Shown: positions 27,021 to 37,896 of the stretch, piece after piece
Layout of the letters: every line of letters starts with the position of its first letter
Position numbering within the stretch: position 1 is the stretch's first letter
From: Ascidiella aspersa
Taxonomy: Eukaryota
Direction of reading: 5' to 3'
Assembly: GCA_963924565.1 (NCBI GenBank)
Contig: OZ004607.1
Span: 29,450,001 to 29,514,000, forward strand
Length of the DNA stretch: 64,000 bases
The notes under the pieces: generated by a model
Seen by the model: the letters and a program-made list of their open reading frames with translations, nothing else
Databases searched by the model: none
Told to the model about the DNA's origin: nothing
Position numbers and translations under genes: made by a program

Positions 27021-27285
27021 TGGCGCTCTTTCAATATTGTACGTGAAAAGTTATGCAAAAATAATAATACCGCATACCACAACACATATTGTTTGGGTTA
27101 GGGTGCGGGTTAGCGTTTGGGTGAGGGTGGGTCAAGTAATATTATGTTTATTATTAATAATAACTTGACCCACCCTCAACCAAACGCTTACCCGCACCCT
27201 AACCCAAACAATATGTGTTGTGGTATGCGGCATTTAAAGAATTTTTTTTTTATTAATTTTTACGTACAATAGTGAAAGAGCGCCA
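27021..27285. mobile_element. Foldback/MITE-like long inverted repeat in SULT intron 5
   Basis: Outer arms TGGCGCTCTTTCA...TGAAAGAGCGCCA. Near-perfect ~75-bp inner stem between 27070 and 27230 containing GGGTTAGGGT. Absent from the homologous intron in the other SULT copies. Confidence 0.8.
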
Positions 27286-29237
27286 TTATGTAGAGACAGG
27301 AAGTAGTTTTTCCTATCTTACCCCTCTGCTTTGCCCAGCTTGACGTCACTATACACGTGACCGTGGTCCACCGACGTGTGAACAACGCACAAACAATTGG
27401 GATTGGCGTTCGCGGCTTTATTTTACTTTACGCTATTCGTAGGGTAACGTTGGTGTGTATACTGAAATTTGTGAATATTCTTAACGAGCAATGTCAACTG
27501 AGTACAGTGACTCCGTCTAAAGTTCAAAAGTAAACGACAGTTAGTTTAGCGGCCTGCTTATTGGAGTCAGATGTATAATAAGTAACGTGTAAGAGACTTG
27601 TGCAGCCGTCGGCCCTTCCCTTAAGGGCCAGCGCCTAACACTTACCCGTGGCAACCCCACAAACGCTAAAATATATAATGCAATATTTTGTTATTTGTTC
27701 CTTGTCTACCAAGATTAGCAACATTAGATTTACAAACAATTATTGTTCGATAAACTTACTCCTTTCATCTCTTCATACATAAGAAACAAGACGTTCTTGT
27801 TGTCTTTATGTTGATGCCAAGCTTTGATGTGCTCTAGGTACCCCTCGCCATCTTTACCGAAACATCCTTGTTTACCTTTGATATACAAGATCATGTACAT
27901 ATTATGAGTTTCAATTCCGTATGTTGCAAATTTTTACCTGCGATATGGACATCGTAAAACTCTCTTTCCGTCTTTGGAAACAAATTACAAACGTCTTTTT
28001 TGACAAAGTTGTACCAAGAAACCAACTGATCTTTAGGGTTTCGATACACGTACAAAATCTAAACCAATAAAAAGTAATTGATTAAATATTTAGATTTGAC
28101 TCCTATTTTAGGGTCATTTTGGTGTATATACTAAATTGTCACCATTGTATGTAAGTAATTTTTATGATAGATTGCAACACCAAACAATGTAACCTTTGTG
28201 TTGTTTTGTCTTAATTTGTCCATGTTCACAAGGTTCGGTGGTAGATGAGTGCCAAAAAATCTTCGTGGCAACGCCAAGTTTTCAGTGACTTGATACTTGG
28301 AAACTGTAAACAATAATATGAAATAACATTGCTCTAATAAGACATTTTACCCAAGTGGTCATTGTTTGCCGCGCTCTTGGCCACTGTAGCGCAGCTGATT
28401 TCTATTGGCAAACAATGTGTAAACTCTGTTGCTTTTGTTGTAGTGTGCTGAGTAATATCAAATGTTGACTTACCTGGTCCGAACTCCAGGTAGGAGAACA
28501 TCTGCGTTATTTTTTTTGCCTTTTCAAGCGTCTCCTGGTCTTTGTAGTAAAGCAGGTTCCGCACAATTTCAGTCGTCCAAGTTGTACCTATATATACATA
28601 TTAGTCATGAAAAACACCGTATAGATTGCGACGTTGCATAAAGGATAACCGGCTAGACAAATCCCCGAGAGTTTTTTTGCAAATCCAGAAAATTTAAATT
28701 GAAATACGTTGGAATGGAAATGTTTTTGCGTTCTAAGTGGGCACCAATTTTTAAACTGGTCGGGAAATCGTACAAAAATATAGTAAAGCTGTTGGTATCA
28801 TGTTTTGCCGTCCGGGACTGTTATACTTAGTTATCAACATTGGATCATTTAAATGCATACCTGATACATACAAATGTTTTGCACCACAATGTAGCAGCAA
28901 TTAAAGAAATTCCTTGCCAAAATACGTATATGAAAGCAGCAAACAATCTATGGAACACATTTGTGTGACAACGTTCTTATTTTTTCAACTTTTGTTTCGA
29001 GTTATGAGAATGTTCTATAATATAAAATGGTTTGCAATTAAACGCATTAATTTCTACTTTAAAATGCGTGTTTCTCAAAATCAGCTTAATTATCCATGGA
29101 AAAATAACCTCTCATTTTTATTAAGTTTCATTTGGTTTTGAATCGAACGATTTTGCGGGAAATATCGGTTATCGTTGCCAATATCGGTTATAATTGAAAT
29201 ACCAAATATGGGGCATATACAGTAACAACCTTTAAGC

Positions 29238-29572
29238 CATGGGTTCCTGAACTGGGGTCCATGGACCCCTTGGGGGTCCGTGAACTAGTTTTAGGGGGCC
29301 GTAAAGGCCAAATTGATATATTAGTGTATATTCAAGAAGTGATCAATTTTTCTAAGGGAAGAGTTTAATTAAAAATAAAACGTTTTTGATCTGCATGTTG
29401 TTAGACTCTATGTTCCTTTCACATTTTGTGGACCGAAAACTGCAGATTTCTAAAGTCTATGTGTACTGTGACGTCAATTTATGACGTCATTTTGAAAATT
29501 CCTTGCTTACCGTGGTCCACGCGAAGCAAAAAAAAGTTAGGGGTCCGCGGGGAAAAAGTTTAAGAACTCCTG
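29238..29572. mobile_element. hAT-type MITE in SULT intron 1
   Basis: TIRs CATGGGTTCCTGAAC / GTTTAAGAACTCCTG. 8-bp TSD CTTTAAGC / CTCTAAGC. A second family member lies at 63342-63655. Confidence 0.8.
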
Positions 29573-31888
29573 CTCTAAGCACACTGCTTTCGATAAGATC
29601 AAAAACCGACCTGTCTTCATGTACGATGCTACCAAGACGTCGCCTTCTTTCGGGGCCAATTTGTCAAAGGCATATTTTGCCGTTTCCGCCTCAAAACCGG
29701 GATAAAGACGAAAGCCGTCCCACTCAGATACCCTTGGCGGTGGTTGGTAGACATCAGTTAAATAATCGACAAAAGGCTAAAGCTCGAACTTCTTGTCTTC
29801 TGGCAGAAGTTCGTTTGCACCGGCTACAAACTTTTGGAAGCCTTCAACAATTTTGCTCTTTTCGTCGGCCATTATGCTGCCTCGGTATAAAAATCACCGG
29901 CAAAAAGAAAATCTATTTGCTGCTTCAATGTTGCTCCTAAATTTTACAATAAAGCATCGGTCTAAATAAAAGAAAAGTGACTATATATTATTGTAATAAA
30001 TACACTGTTAAGCTTCTGTCCGAAAACATTCTGTCATTAGATTAAAAATCGCACTTCTTTATGATTACTGAAACTTGCTGATACTGCATGATATGTGCGA
30101 AACCTTTCACCGCATTGCGTGGTGTTGGCGGTAAAATGTAATACGTTTTGAGACCTCGGCGTTACGCGACAAGTTAATCATTAACTTTTCATTATTCGTA
30201 CAATCGATCACGTGAAACCTTTGCGAGTTTTGTAAAGTAATGATCACGTTGCAATTTAAAATTTTTTCGATTTCCCGTTATGTTTGTCACCTTTGAATGA
30301 CAAGAACCTGCTTCTTAATGGCTACGTGAGTTTGCGTTCAGTGGCGAACTATACTTTTCTATTTGTTGGGGAGAAACATTCCGTTTCCCAAATGGCGAAG
30401 CTTTGACTATATTGACATAGCGTTTTGTTAAACATTTCTGCGGTAAATTAACCTAGATAGTCCATCTAAATTGTTGTTCCTTTCGTTATGTTTAGGGTTG
30501 TTTGTGTTATCTGTAAAGCCCTCCAACACGTCCTTATGTGGGTTTGTCACACAAGTAAATTTCGTTCAAAAAGGTATACTTGTTGCTAGCTGTTTAGTTA
30601 TGTGGTTTACCTTTTTTCGATGACGTACAAAATGTTATTTCCTGACAGGCATTATCGGTTAAAATCGATAGATCGAATTTGTGAGAATAATTAAACCTAC
30701 GATTGTAGATGGGATTAGTTTACTTTGTCGCTTTCCTCAGGAAATAACTTGAACGTTATTCATTGGAAATAAAGCTTTTGATGTTATCATGGTTTTGCGA
30801 ATACCGGTGCATTGATTTAGAAATAGCAACTTGTGTTGGGTGTTATGTTGGTAATTTTGGCAAGAAAATATTGTGGAAAATTGTTAAATTCACCTAGTTA
30901 AGAAATTTCAACTGTCTAAACGTGTAAAAAAATAATAATACAGAAAATTATTTTTGAAAACAATACAGAAATTCAAAACCATTTTTCATTCTTTTCGTTT
31001 ACTTTTATCCGTTCACCTTAGGGCAAACATGCTATAATCTACACTTTTATGGAACCATAACTTTGAATTTCAATTTGTTTTTCTATTAGCCGGAGAATAC
31101 ATTTTCAAAGCATATAATTTTAGATTGTTAAAGCAACATTCGGTTTACAAGTGTTGCGTTTGCTGAATCACGTTTGCATCTAAATATTTTGTAATGCGGC
31201 AAGGATTGGAGGATTTAGGTCTGGCCCAAGATCAAAGTAAAACGCTCTGCCAACTTATTTTATTTTAGAGTTTCCTTAACTCGAGGTTCCCTCTATATCA
31301 AATAAAGAGGAATTGCTCAACCCGTGAGTTTACATTAGTGTTTTTTCTATGTGACAAATTAGCATAGTATTTAGCATAAGTCTTTTTAAATAAAAATCAC
31401 AACCATAACGATTTTGCAGCTTTTTAAGCAGCTACACAAAGTTAAGCAGTCAGGCTGGAGCTTCCAAAATAAGGGCACATCAAAACCGTTGCTAAATCTC
31501 ATTTTACGGAGCCCTGCACGAAAATTTATCTAATATTGGGTCTCATCGCCTTAAAAGTCAGGAATTTCTAAACTTCACTCTGTGAATCCCTTTAGAGTAC
31601 GTGAACTAATATTAGAGGTTTCTATCTAGGTTTAATTGAAATCTTGTTTTAAAATGAAAACGAAATAAAGAGTTTAATTATCTTGCCATCATCTTCACGA
31701 CGACCCCGGTCCGCATTTTTTTTTTCTGGGTGCACGTTGAAAAAAGTTTAAACACCAATATTGTTTTTTCTCAGTAAAAATAGATGCGACTCTATTTGCA
31801 AAATCATAAATTCGACACAGAAGGCTTAACCAAGTTTGTTGTTGCGACCCCGCAATATTTTGCGGGGTTGTAAGCAACACTTTCGTCT

Positions 31889-34800
31889 TCAAAGTTGAAC
31901 AGAAACAAGTTTGGCTGAAACATGCGGTTTAGGGCAGTTTGCAAAGATCTTTTCTCCCGTGTTAGGGTCCACGTAATCGCAATACTTGACTTCGCGTAAG
32001 CACTTTGCGCCCAGTGTGTTAAATATTTTGGTTGTGTAAAACGAGGTGCACTCAGCAAAGTACAGTTGACAACCGTCATCTTTCGCTAGCTTTAAACTCC
32101 TGAAAAAAAAACAAGCATGTAAAAATTAAAAACGTGGTATTGGTATGTCTATTTTTTTGCCAGTAACCGACTATTTTGGGCGAGTTTTAGAAATCTTGCA
32201 TATTTAACCTACATTTTTTTCTGTTTTATCATCAAATTATATTCGTCAATATAGGCTCTAAATTGGCTAATTACCGACTTTTGTCAAACTGTGCCATTAA
32301 TTACAGTGTGTGTGGCAATGATCTATTGTGAATTTAGGTTACTTCATATAAGGTTGGCAATATGGGGTTATTGGTTTCAGTCGTGTCTAAACAAGGCCGA
32401 CATACTGTGACCTGATCTCTTTGGAAAATAGATCTTATATCTCTTTAAAATATTGCAAATCTCGTTAATGTAAAAATACTAAGTATATGTTAACTTCTAA
32501 ACGAGCAATTGCAAGAAACTTGTTACTTTTTGCATAATGATCTCCCCAAACCCATTTGGGAGTAAACTTGATTCACAGAAACGAGCAGGCACGTCATATA
32601 CGTTAAGTCACTAGCTGCTGTGATCAACGGTTTGTCCGCCCCGTGCGAGAGATGCTCTAAAAACTGAAAAAGTCAACAAGACAAAAAGTATAATCAAATT
32701 AGTAATTATAGTTTATAGACGACGATTAGAAAACACGCCGGTTATTTCGAAGGATTAACGCCTACATTGACTTGATTTCGCAATACAAACCTGTAAACAA
32801 GTGAAAAATGACAAAGGTTAGGACTCGGTATACCCAATACGATATTGACAAACATACGCGTTCCTTACCATATGCATTTTCGACAGTTTGACGGGTCGAG
32901 CTTCTTCGCAACTGCTCAGCATTTGAATTGTTCTTTGGGGTGAGTAGGGCCCCGATGCTAGAATTACCCCGCAAATTTTGTTGTTGTTCATGGGATCGTA
33001 GGCGCATACCGACTGTCCATCTGGCAAACATTCCTTTAAAGCAAAAACGCACACTTTATCGTCACTAAAACACATCCAAAGAAAATTTGGGTTAAAGTTT
33101 AGCTAACAAACCTTGGGCAAGATCGGCTACTTAAGTTGGGAAAGATATTGGGTTTTAAAGATATTGAGTAGAAAGCCATTAAAGGCAAATGTAGCCCTAT
33201 TTTATCTTGCGCTGTAATTCGTTTTGGCGGCAACAAGATGCGACGACCAAATAAATAACGTGTAACATATTTTTGATAATAAAATGTGGTAAAACTTAGC
33301 GTCTTCTTGTTAGACATGAATTTGTAACCCCCCCAAAAAATAATGCCAGACTTATTAAATTAAGATAGATTATTTTAAAACCCAAATGTACGCATTGTGC
33401 AATTTTCTGTAGAATGCGGATCATTTTAGCCAACAGTTAAAATATGCAAACTAACCAAATAGGCTGGATAAATGATACAATTGTATTTGTCGTCGTTTGA
33501 CGATCTATAATTTTATTTATAATATTACTGTTACAAGACGTGGACAACCAGATAATTCCAGTCGATTATACTGTAGTTCGATGAATTAAATCAGTATTCT
33601 ACTAGCTGTAAATCATTCCAATCTAGTTGTAAATTTATTTTGTTCAAGTTTTAGTTTAAGTCTAACTTTCTTTTTTTAACAAATATGCTACATTGTCATA
33701 CCCATTTTTTCAGTACACTAAGTCCGACCAATTTTTGATCATGCAGGGTTTACGACTAAAAGGTTTTACTATTGTGGTTCGAATTCAGAGATAAGACCGA
33801 CTTAATCAAAATATTCTAGCGTGTCGTTTAGTATTGTGTTCGCAACAAGCAAATTGCGTCTTGTTGTGCCTTGTGGTTGAATGTAAATCACTCGATTAAA
33901 CTGCGCGCTGCTGAAAGGTTGTGATTTATGTCAACCTATGAAGTGATGAGATTGCCCCTCATACTTAGTCTATTCTATAATCTAGTCCGCGAGATAAAAG
34001 TTAAAACGTGTTTATACTTTTCCTCGAAGACACGTTGGTCCCAACTTGTTAGACAGAACTTGATCCGTACGTCAAGCTCACTTCAGAACACTTAATTCGC
34101 CGTCCTTAAATGCGTTATGGTTGGTTCCAGTCGATTAGTCTCGCGGTATTCTAATGGTAATGCGTCCGCAAAATTGTCAAACGGAATTTTTTTAAGTTTA
34201 GGCAATAAACTTTTTCATGGAGTCTAATTTGGTATGCGTGAACCGTAGATAGTAATACGCAATCAACAAACGGATTATCACATTCTATAATACTGTAGCA
34301 CACCTACGAAATCGTTCAATGGGTCTAGTATAGGCACAAACCTCCATCCCGCATTTTCTTTATAATATTCGATACGCCTAGGCTCATCAATAGGTTAAAC
34401 GCTAGTTAGTGAAGAGAAAAAGGCTCCCCTGTATCGGTCCTGTTAAGGCTGGGTTCTCCTATGTTCCGTCCAGTGCTTACGTTTTGTTCGGAAGGCGAGG
34501 TATCGTCATCAAATTTAGTGAGGTTTTATTTGTTATTGTACAAGTCTTTTAAGGAACGCATAAGGGCGCAGCGTAGCATAAGAAATCAGCGTTACATCAA
34601 AAGGCATATTTTTCCACGTCATATTTTGCTAACTTTTTCTTTTTGGGGTTTGATTACGGCAGTTATCCTAAAAAGGCCAATATATAAGTTTATGCTATTT
34701 TTGTAAAACAAAAATATTCACATACAAAATATAAACATCGAAATAAATCCTATACCTGTATAGTAACAATGCTGGTACGCTTTTTTGCTGTAAGAACAAT

Positions 34801-35204
34801 ACGTTTGATATTTCCAGCCAGAATTTGTAGCATATGAAAAAATTTAATTTAAACTCAATACCATATTTTTTAGATTTTGCGAATTCTATAATTCTAATCT
34901 TAATCTAATTTAGAAAAGCTAAACAAAGCCTAATTGTCCAGTCTGCAAGGAGAACTATGTGCTGTCGCTTAAGGCCAGCATATACACTTTCTTCCAAACC
35001 CTCTTCTTGTATGTTTTTGCTTACCATCACTTTATGTGTTAACGTTTCTATTCCGTTCTCGTTAGACAGACCCAGAGTCATCCACAGGGGCTCCTGCTTT
35101 ATAAAGTGCTCGTAAAGCAGTTGCTTTGTTGCCTCAATATTCTCCAGTGAATTTTACGATGTGGAATTGTAATCGTTTTGAGCAACCCAGGTATTTTATC
35201 GATA
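31889..35204 (-). CDS. GNAT acetyltransferase, insect-type arylalkylamine (dopamine) N-acetyltransferase-like; 5' end unresolved, possibly disrupted
   Basis: Phase-compatible exons at 33064-32869 (ECLPDGQSVCAYDPMNNNKICGVIL), 32663-32527 (LVSVNQVYSQMGLGRSL, GNAT motif A) and 32099-31889 (SLKLAKDDGCQLYFAECTSFYTTKIFNTLG...EVKYCDYVDPNTGEKIF...PKPH...*). An upstream exon at ~35204-35025 contains LLYEHFIKQEPL but shows an apparent frameshift and no clear ATG. Confidence 0.7.
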
Positions 35205-37419
35205 CTAAGGCAAAAAAAACTTGGAACCAATACACGAGTTTTAAAAATAATTTCGAAAAACTAAAAGAGGTCCAACGTTCGATAAAGTAGACATACCATT
35301 TTACGTTCCAACTTTCGGCGACAGGCACTGGTAATAGCTAGCACTTATTATTCAAACGTTCGAAAACATAAGGTACTACCAATTTTTGTCAAATATATTG
35401 AATTTTTTATAGTAGCCTAACAACCGCGGGATCTAGTTAAAAACTGTTTAATATGAGAAAAGAAAATAGCTTTGTGGTTCAGCCGTTGTTTTTCAAATTA
35501 TTCTACTGGAAAGAAACTGGTTCAAGGAGAGATTGATTAAATGATGACAACTATTTCCCGTAACACGAGAGAAGGATTAAAATGCCACAGTCGGATACAG
35601 AAGAACAACACTGTTGAAACACACGATCCAGACCAATGCTTTTCGAATAAGATTAAACTTTAAATATAAGATTGAATATATTTTACCTTATAATCTAGTT
35701 GTTAGAATTTAACAGACACATACTCAAATAAATTAAAAAAAATTTTAGCTTTTCAACCTGATGTTCAAAAATGGACTAAAATGTTCTCGAAAAGTTCAAA
35801 ATGATACCTACTGTATGGGATTTGATATTCTTACTACGTCTTACTACAACCTCCAACCATTATGCTTCTACTTTTTTGCTTTTACTAAGCCTGGCAGCTC
35901 ACCAATCCAAGGCTTTGTTAATGTGTTCCAATACTGCCTTTTCAATGAAAAGGACAAATTGTGGTAAACTGAAACCATACTATTTGAAAATGAGCCGACC
36001 AAGATATGGCCAGCAATAATATTTTACCTTCACGACATCGTTTATCTAGTTGTGCTTATCAGACCCACATCTATTTGAAAGAATATGTTTGATCCTTACA
36101 GCGCCGTTTACAATATTTTTGTGTTTTTTTTCTAAAAAGTTCGAGATCTCCTTGGGCTGCAAACTAAACAATTGCTGTACAGAATGCCGGGCAAAAGCGA
36201 CGAGGCTTGCAGCGGACTTAGCGTGCGAGCCATTTTAGTTTATTAAGTCTTCGTTGCCTAACCACAATGCTGCTGCCACACCAGCCTTGCAGTGTCCACC
36301 ACGAACTGCAGCTTACAAAGTGTCGTCGACCTGCACAAGTAAGCTGGCAGTGCAACGGAAACTGTAATTTTAGACACATGCCAAGGCTACTGTTATTTTT
36401 TATGGAATTTTATTTTTCACGGCACACTTGATGATCCCTCGAGGCTCACAGGTCTGCTACGGTAAAAAGTTATAGCTGGGGTTACGAAACTACAGCCGGT
36501 TTAAATCTTCTGGCTCGCTGCATATTTCTCAAACGATCCTAAAACATATAGTTGTTGACAGTTCATTAGGCGGAATCTTTGTCTGGCGCAAACCTAAGTT
36601 ATTATGACGAAAAACTAAGTTATTTGTTTGTTAAAAGTTTATTAAAAACGACAATTTACAGGGCTCAGTATAAATTTTCATGAAGGTTTTACAGGTTTTA
36701 AAAGTTATCACCATGCCATACAAAGAAAGAATCGGAATATATTATAATTACTGCAAACAAGTCACTATAATCCAAAACAAAGCAAAGATTACTAATCTGA
36801 ATCACGCATTTTGTGCAAGCGTAAAACACGTTAAAATAGTAAAACGTTAAAACACGCAAATTAGATATACCACAAACACGATCAGTATTGTATGTTAATT
36901 TCGACGTGCTGCCATATATCAATGCACGTTAATCATTTACTACATTTAAAAAAATAAAAAAAAAGACGAAAAACAGTTGGCGTAAAGTCCATGTCTCCAG
37001 TCGATTATCAACTGGTTGGATTCTAAACTGACCGCAAATTTTACGCTGAGGATACGAAAGTTTCCCATCGCAGGTACAGTTTGTCGGCAGATAAACCTCA
37101 AAAACCAGAGTGCGTAACCTTTCTCTTAATTGCCAGCATGCGCAATACATGCTTTATATTGTGGCCGACAGCAGCGAGTCCAGCACCCTTACGTCACAGT
37201 AGTATTTTGTTTATTATAAAACCTATCGGTTAAACACATAATATCGCTTTTACTCCAACCTTACAGGGTTAAATGTTGATCATATTATTCAAAGAAAGGT
37301 TCCAAATAAACAATACAAGTAGCCTACGACACACTCATAGTTTGTTAGCAAGTTGTTTTACCAATATCCTGCCTTAAGTTACAATTTTAATTCACATGTG
37401 AACGAACATAGAAATTTAT

Positions 37420-37830
37420 GAACAGCTGTTCTGGTATAAAAGAAGTATAAACCGACCTTTCGGCAGAAGATACCAGCGGATGTGTACTAAATTGTTATAA
37501 AATAAAAAGACTGTTAATTAAGTCGCTGAAGGATATAGAAGTCGTTAGCGCAGCACACCTGGAGTAAACCCGACTAAGCCTTGTTAAGGGACCGTTTGGT
37601 CTCACGTAGACGTCTACCTACGTATGAATGCTGTGTACAAGCAAGTAGTGGCAGCTGCCGAAATCCTTGCGCGAAAGTGACATCAACCGACGACGACGTG
37701 CTAACAGCGGACGACGTGTTGGATTCATAGCGCCGACAAATGTTAACAGGGCGCTCGGCGACAGATAACCCTTGCGCGTCAGGCACTTAAAATAAGCGGT
37801 GCACAGACACGAGTGGTCCCAGTCAGTTGC
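37420..37830 (+). promoter_or_regulatory. Putative muscle-type proximal promoter of calsequestrin
   Basis: E-boxes CAGCTG (37423, 37652), CACCTG (37556), CAAATG (37737) and CAGTTG (37824). CRE-like TGACATCA (37678) and CGTCA (37777). TATA-like TTAAAATAA (37787). All lie within 500 bp of the ATG. Confidence 0.4.
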
Positions 37831-37896
37831 GCGCGGTCACCTTTTGCAGATTGCGTATCGCCAAGCGGAGTCCCAAGTCCTCTTTAATTCGAAACC

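Larger units (their letters stand above)
1..28820. repeat. Tandem segmental duplication array (at least 3 full units plus part of a fourth, 8-9.4 kb each)
   Basis: Anchor sequence TACCTTTGCGAAACA recurs at 1, 9043, 18443 and 26377. Long near-identical blocks are visible by eye. Homology to the last SULT copy stops at about 1750/10790/28820, inside SULT intron 1. Confidence 0.95.
25716..29872 (-). pseudogene. Full-length 7-exon cytosolic sulfotransferase (SULT family) with an in-frame TAG at codon 32
   Basis: Exons at 29872-29611 (MADEKSK...DVLVASYMKT), 28587-28474 (GTTW), 28303-28194 (THLPP), 28058-27938 (YRNPKDQLVS), 27875-27760, 26533-26380 (FRKG) and 25825-25716 (KIGSWKDRLTVAQSD...IYE*). 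Total 987 nt with all PAPS-binding motifs. TAG at 29779-29777. Confidence 0.85.

Noticed and set aside
29777-29779. Recoded stop (selenocysteine or pyrrolysine) in SULT
   Set aside because: The codon is TAG, not TGA. Animals lack pyrrolysine and I see no SECIS element.
29503-29940. 145-aa plus-strand ORF
   Set aside because: It is antisense to SULT exon 1 and starts inside a MITE.
35800-36480. Possible decayed hAT transposase or MITE remnant
   Set aside because: Only faint motif hints (CACGGCACAC). I could not define TIRs, a TSD or a continuous reading frame.
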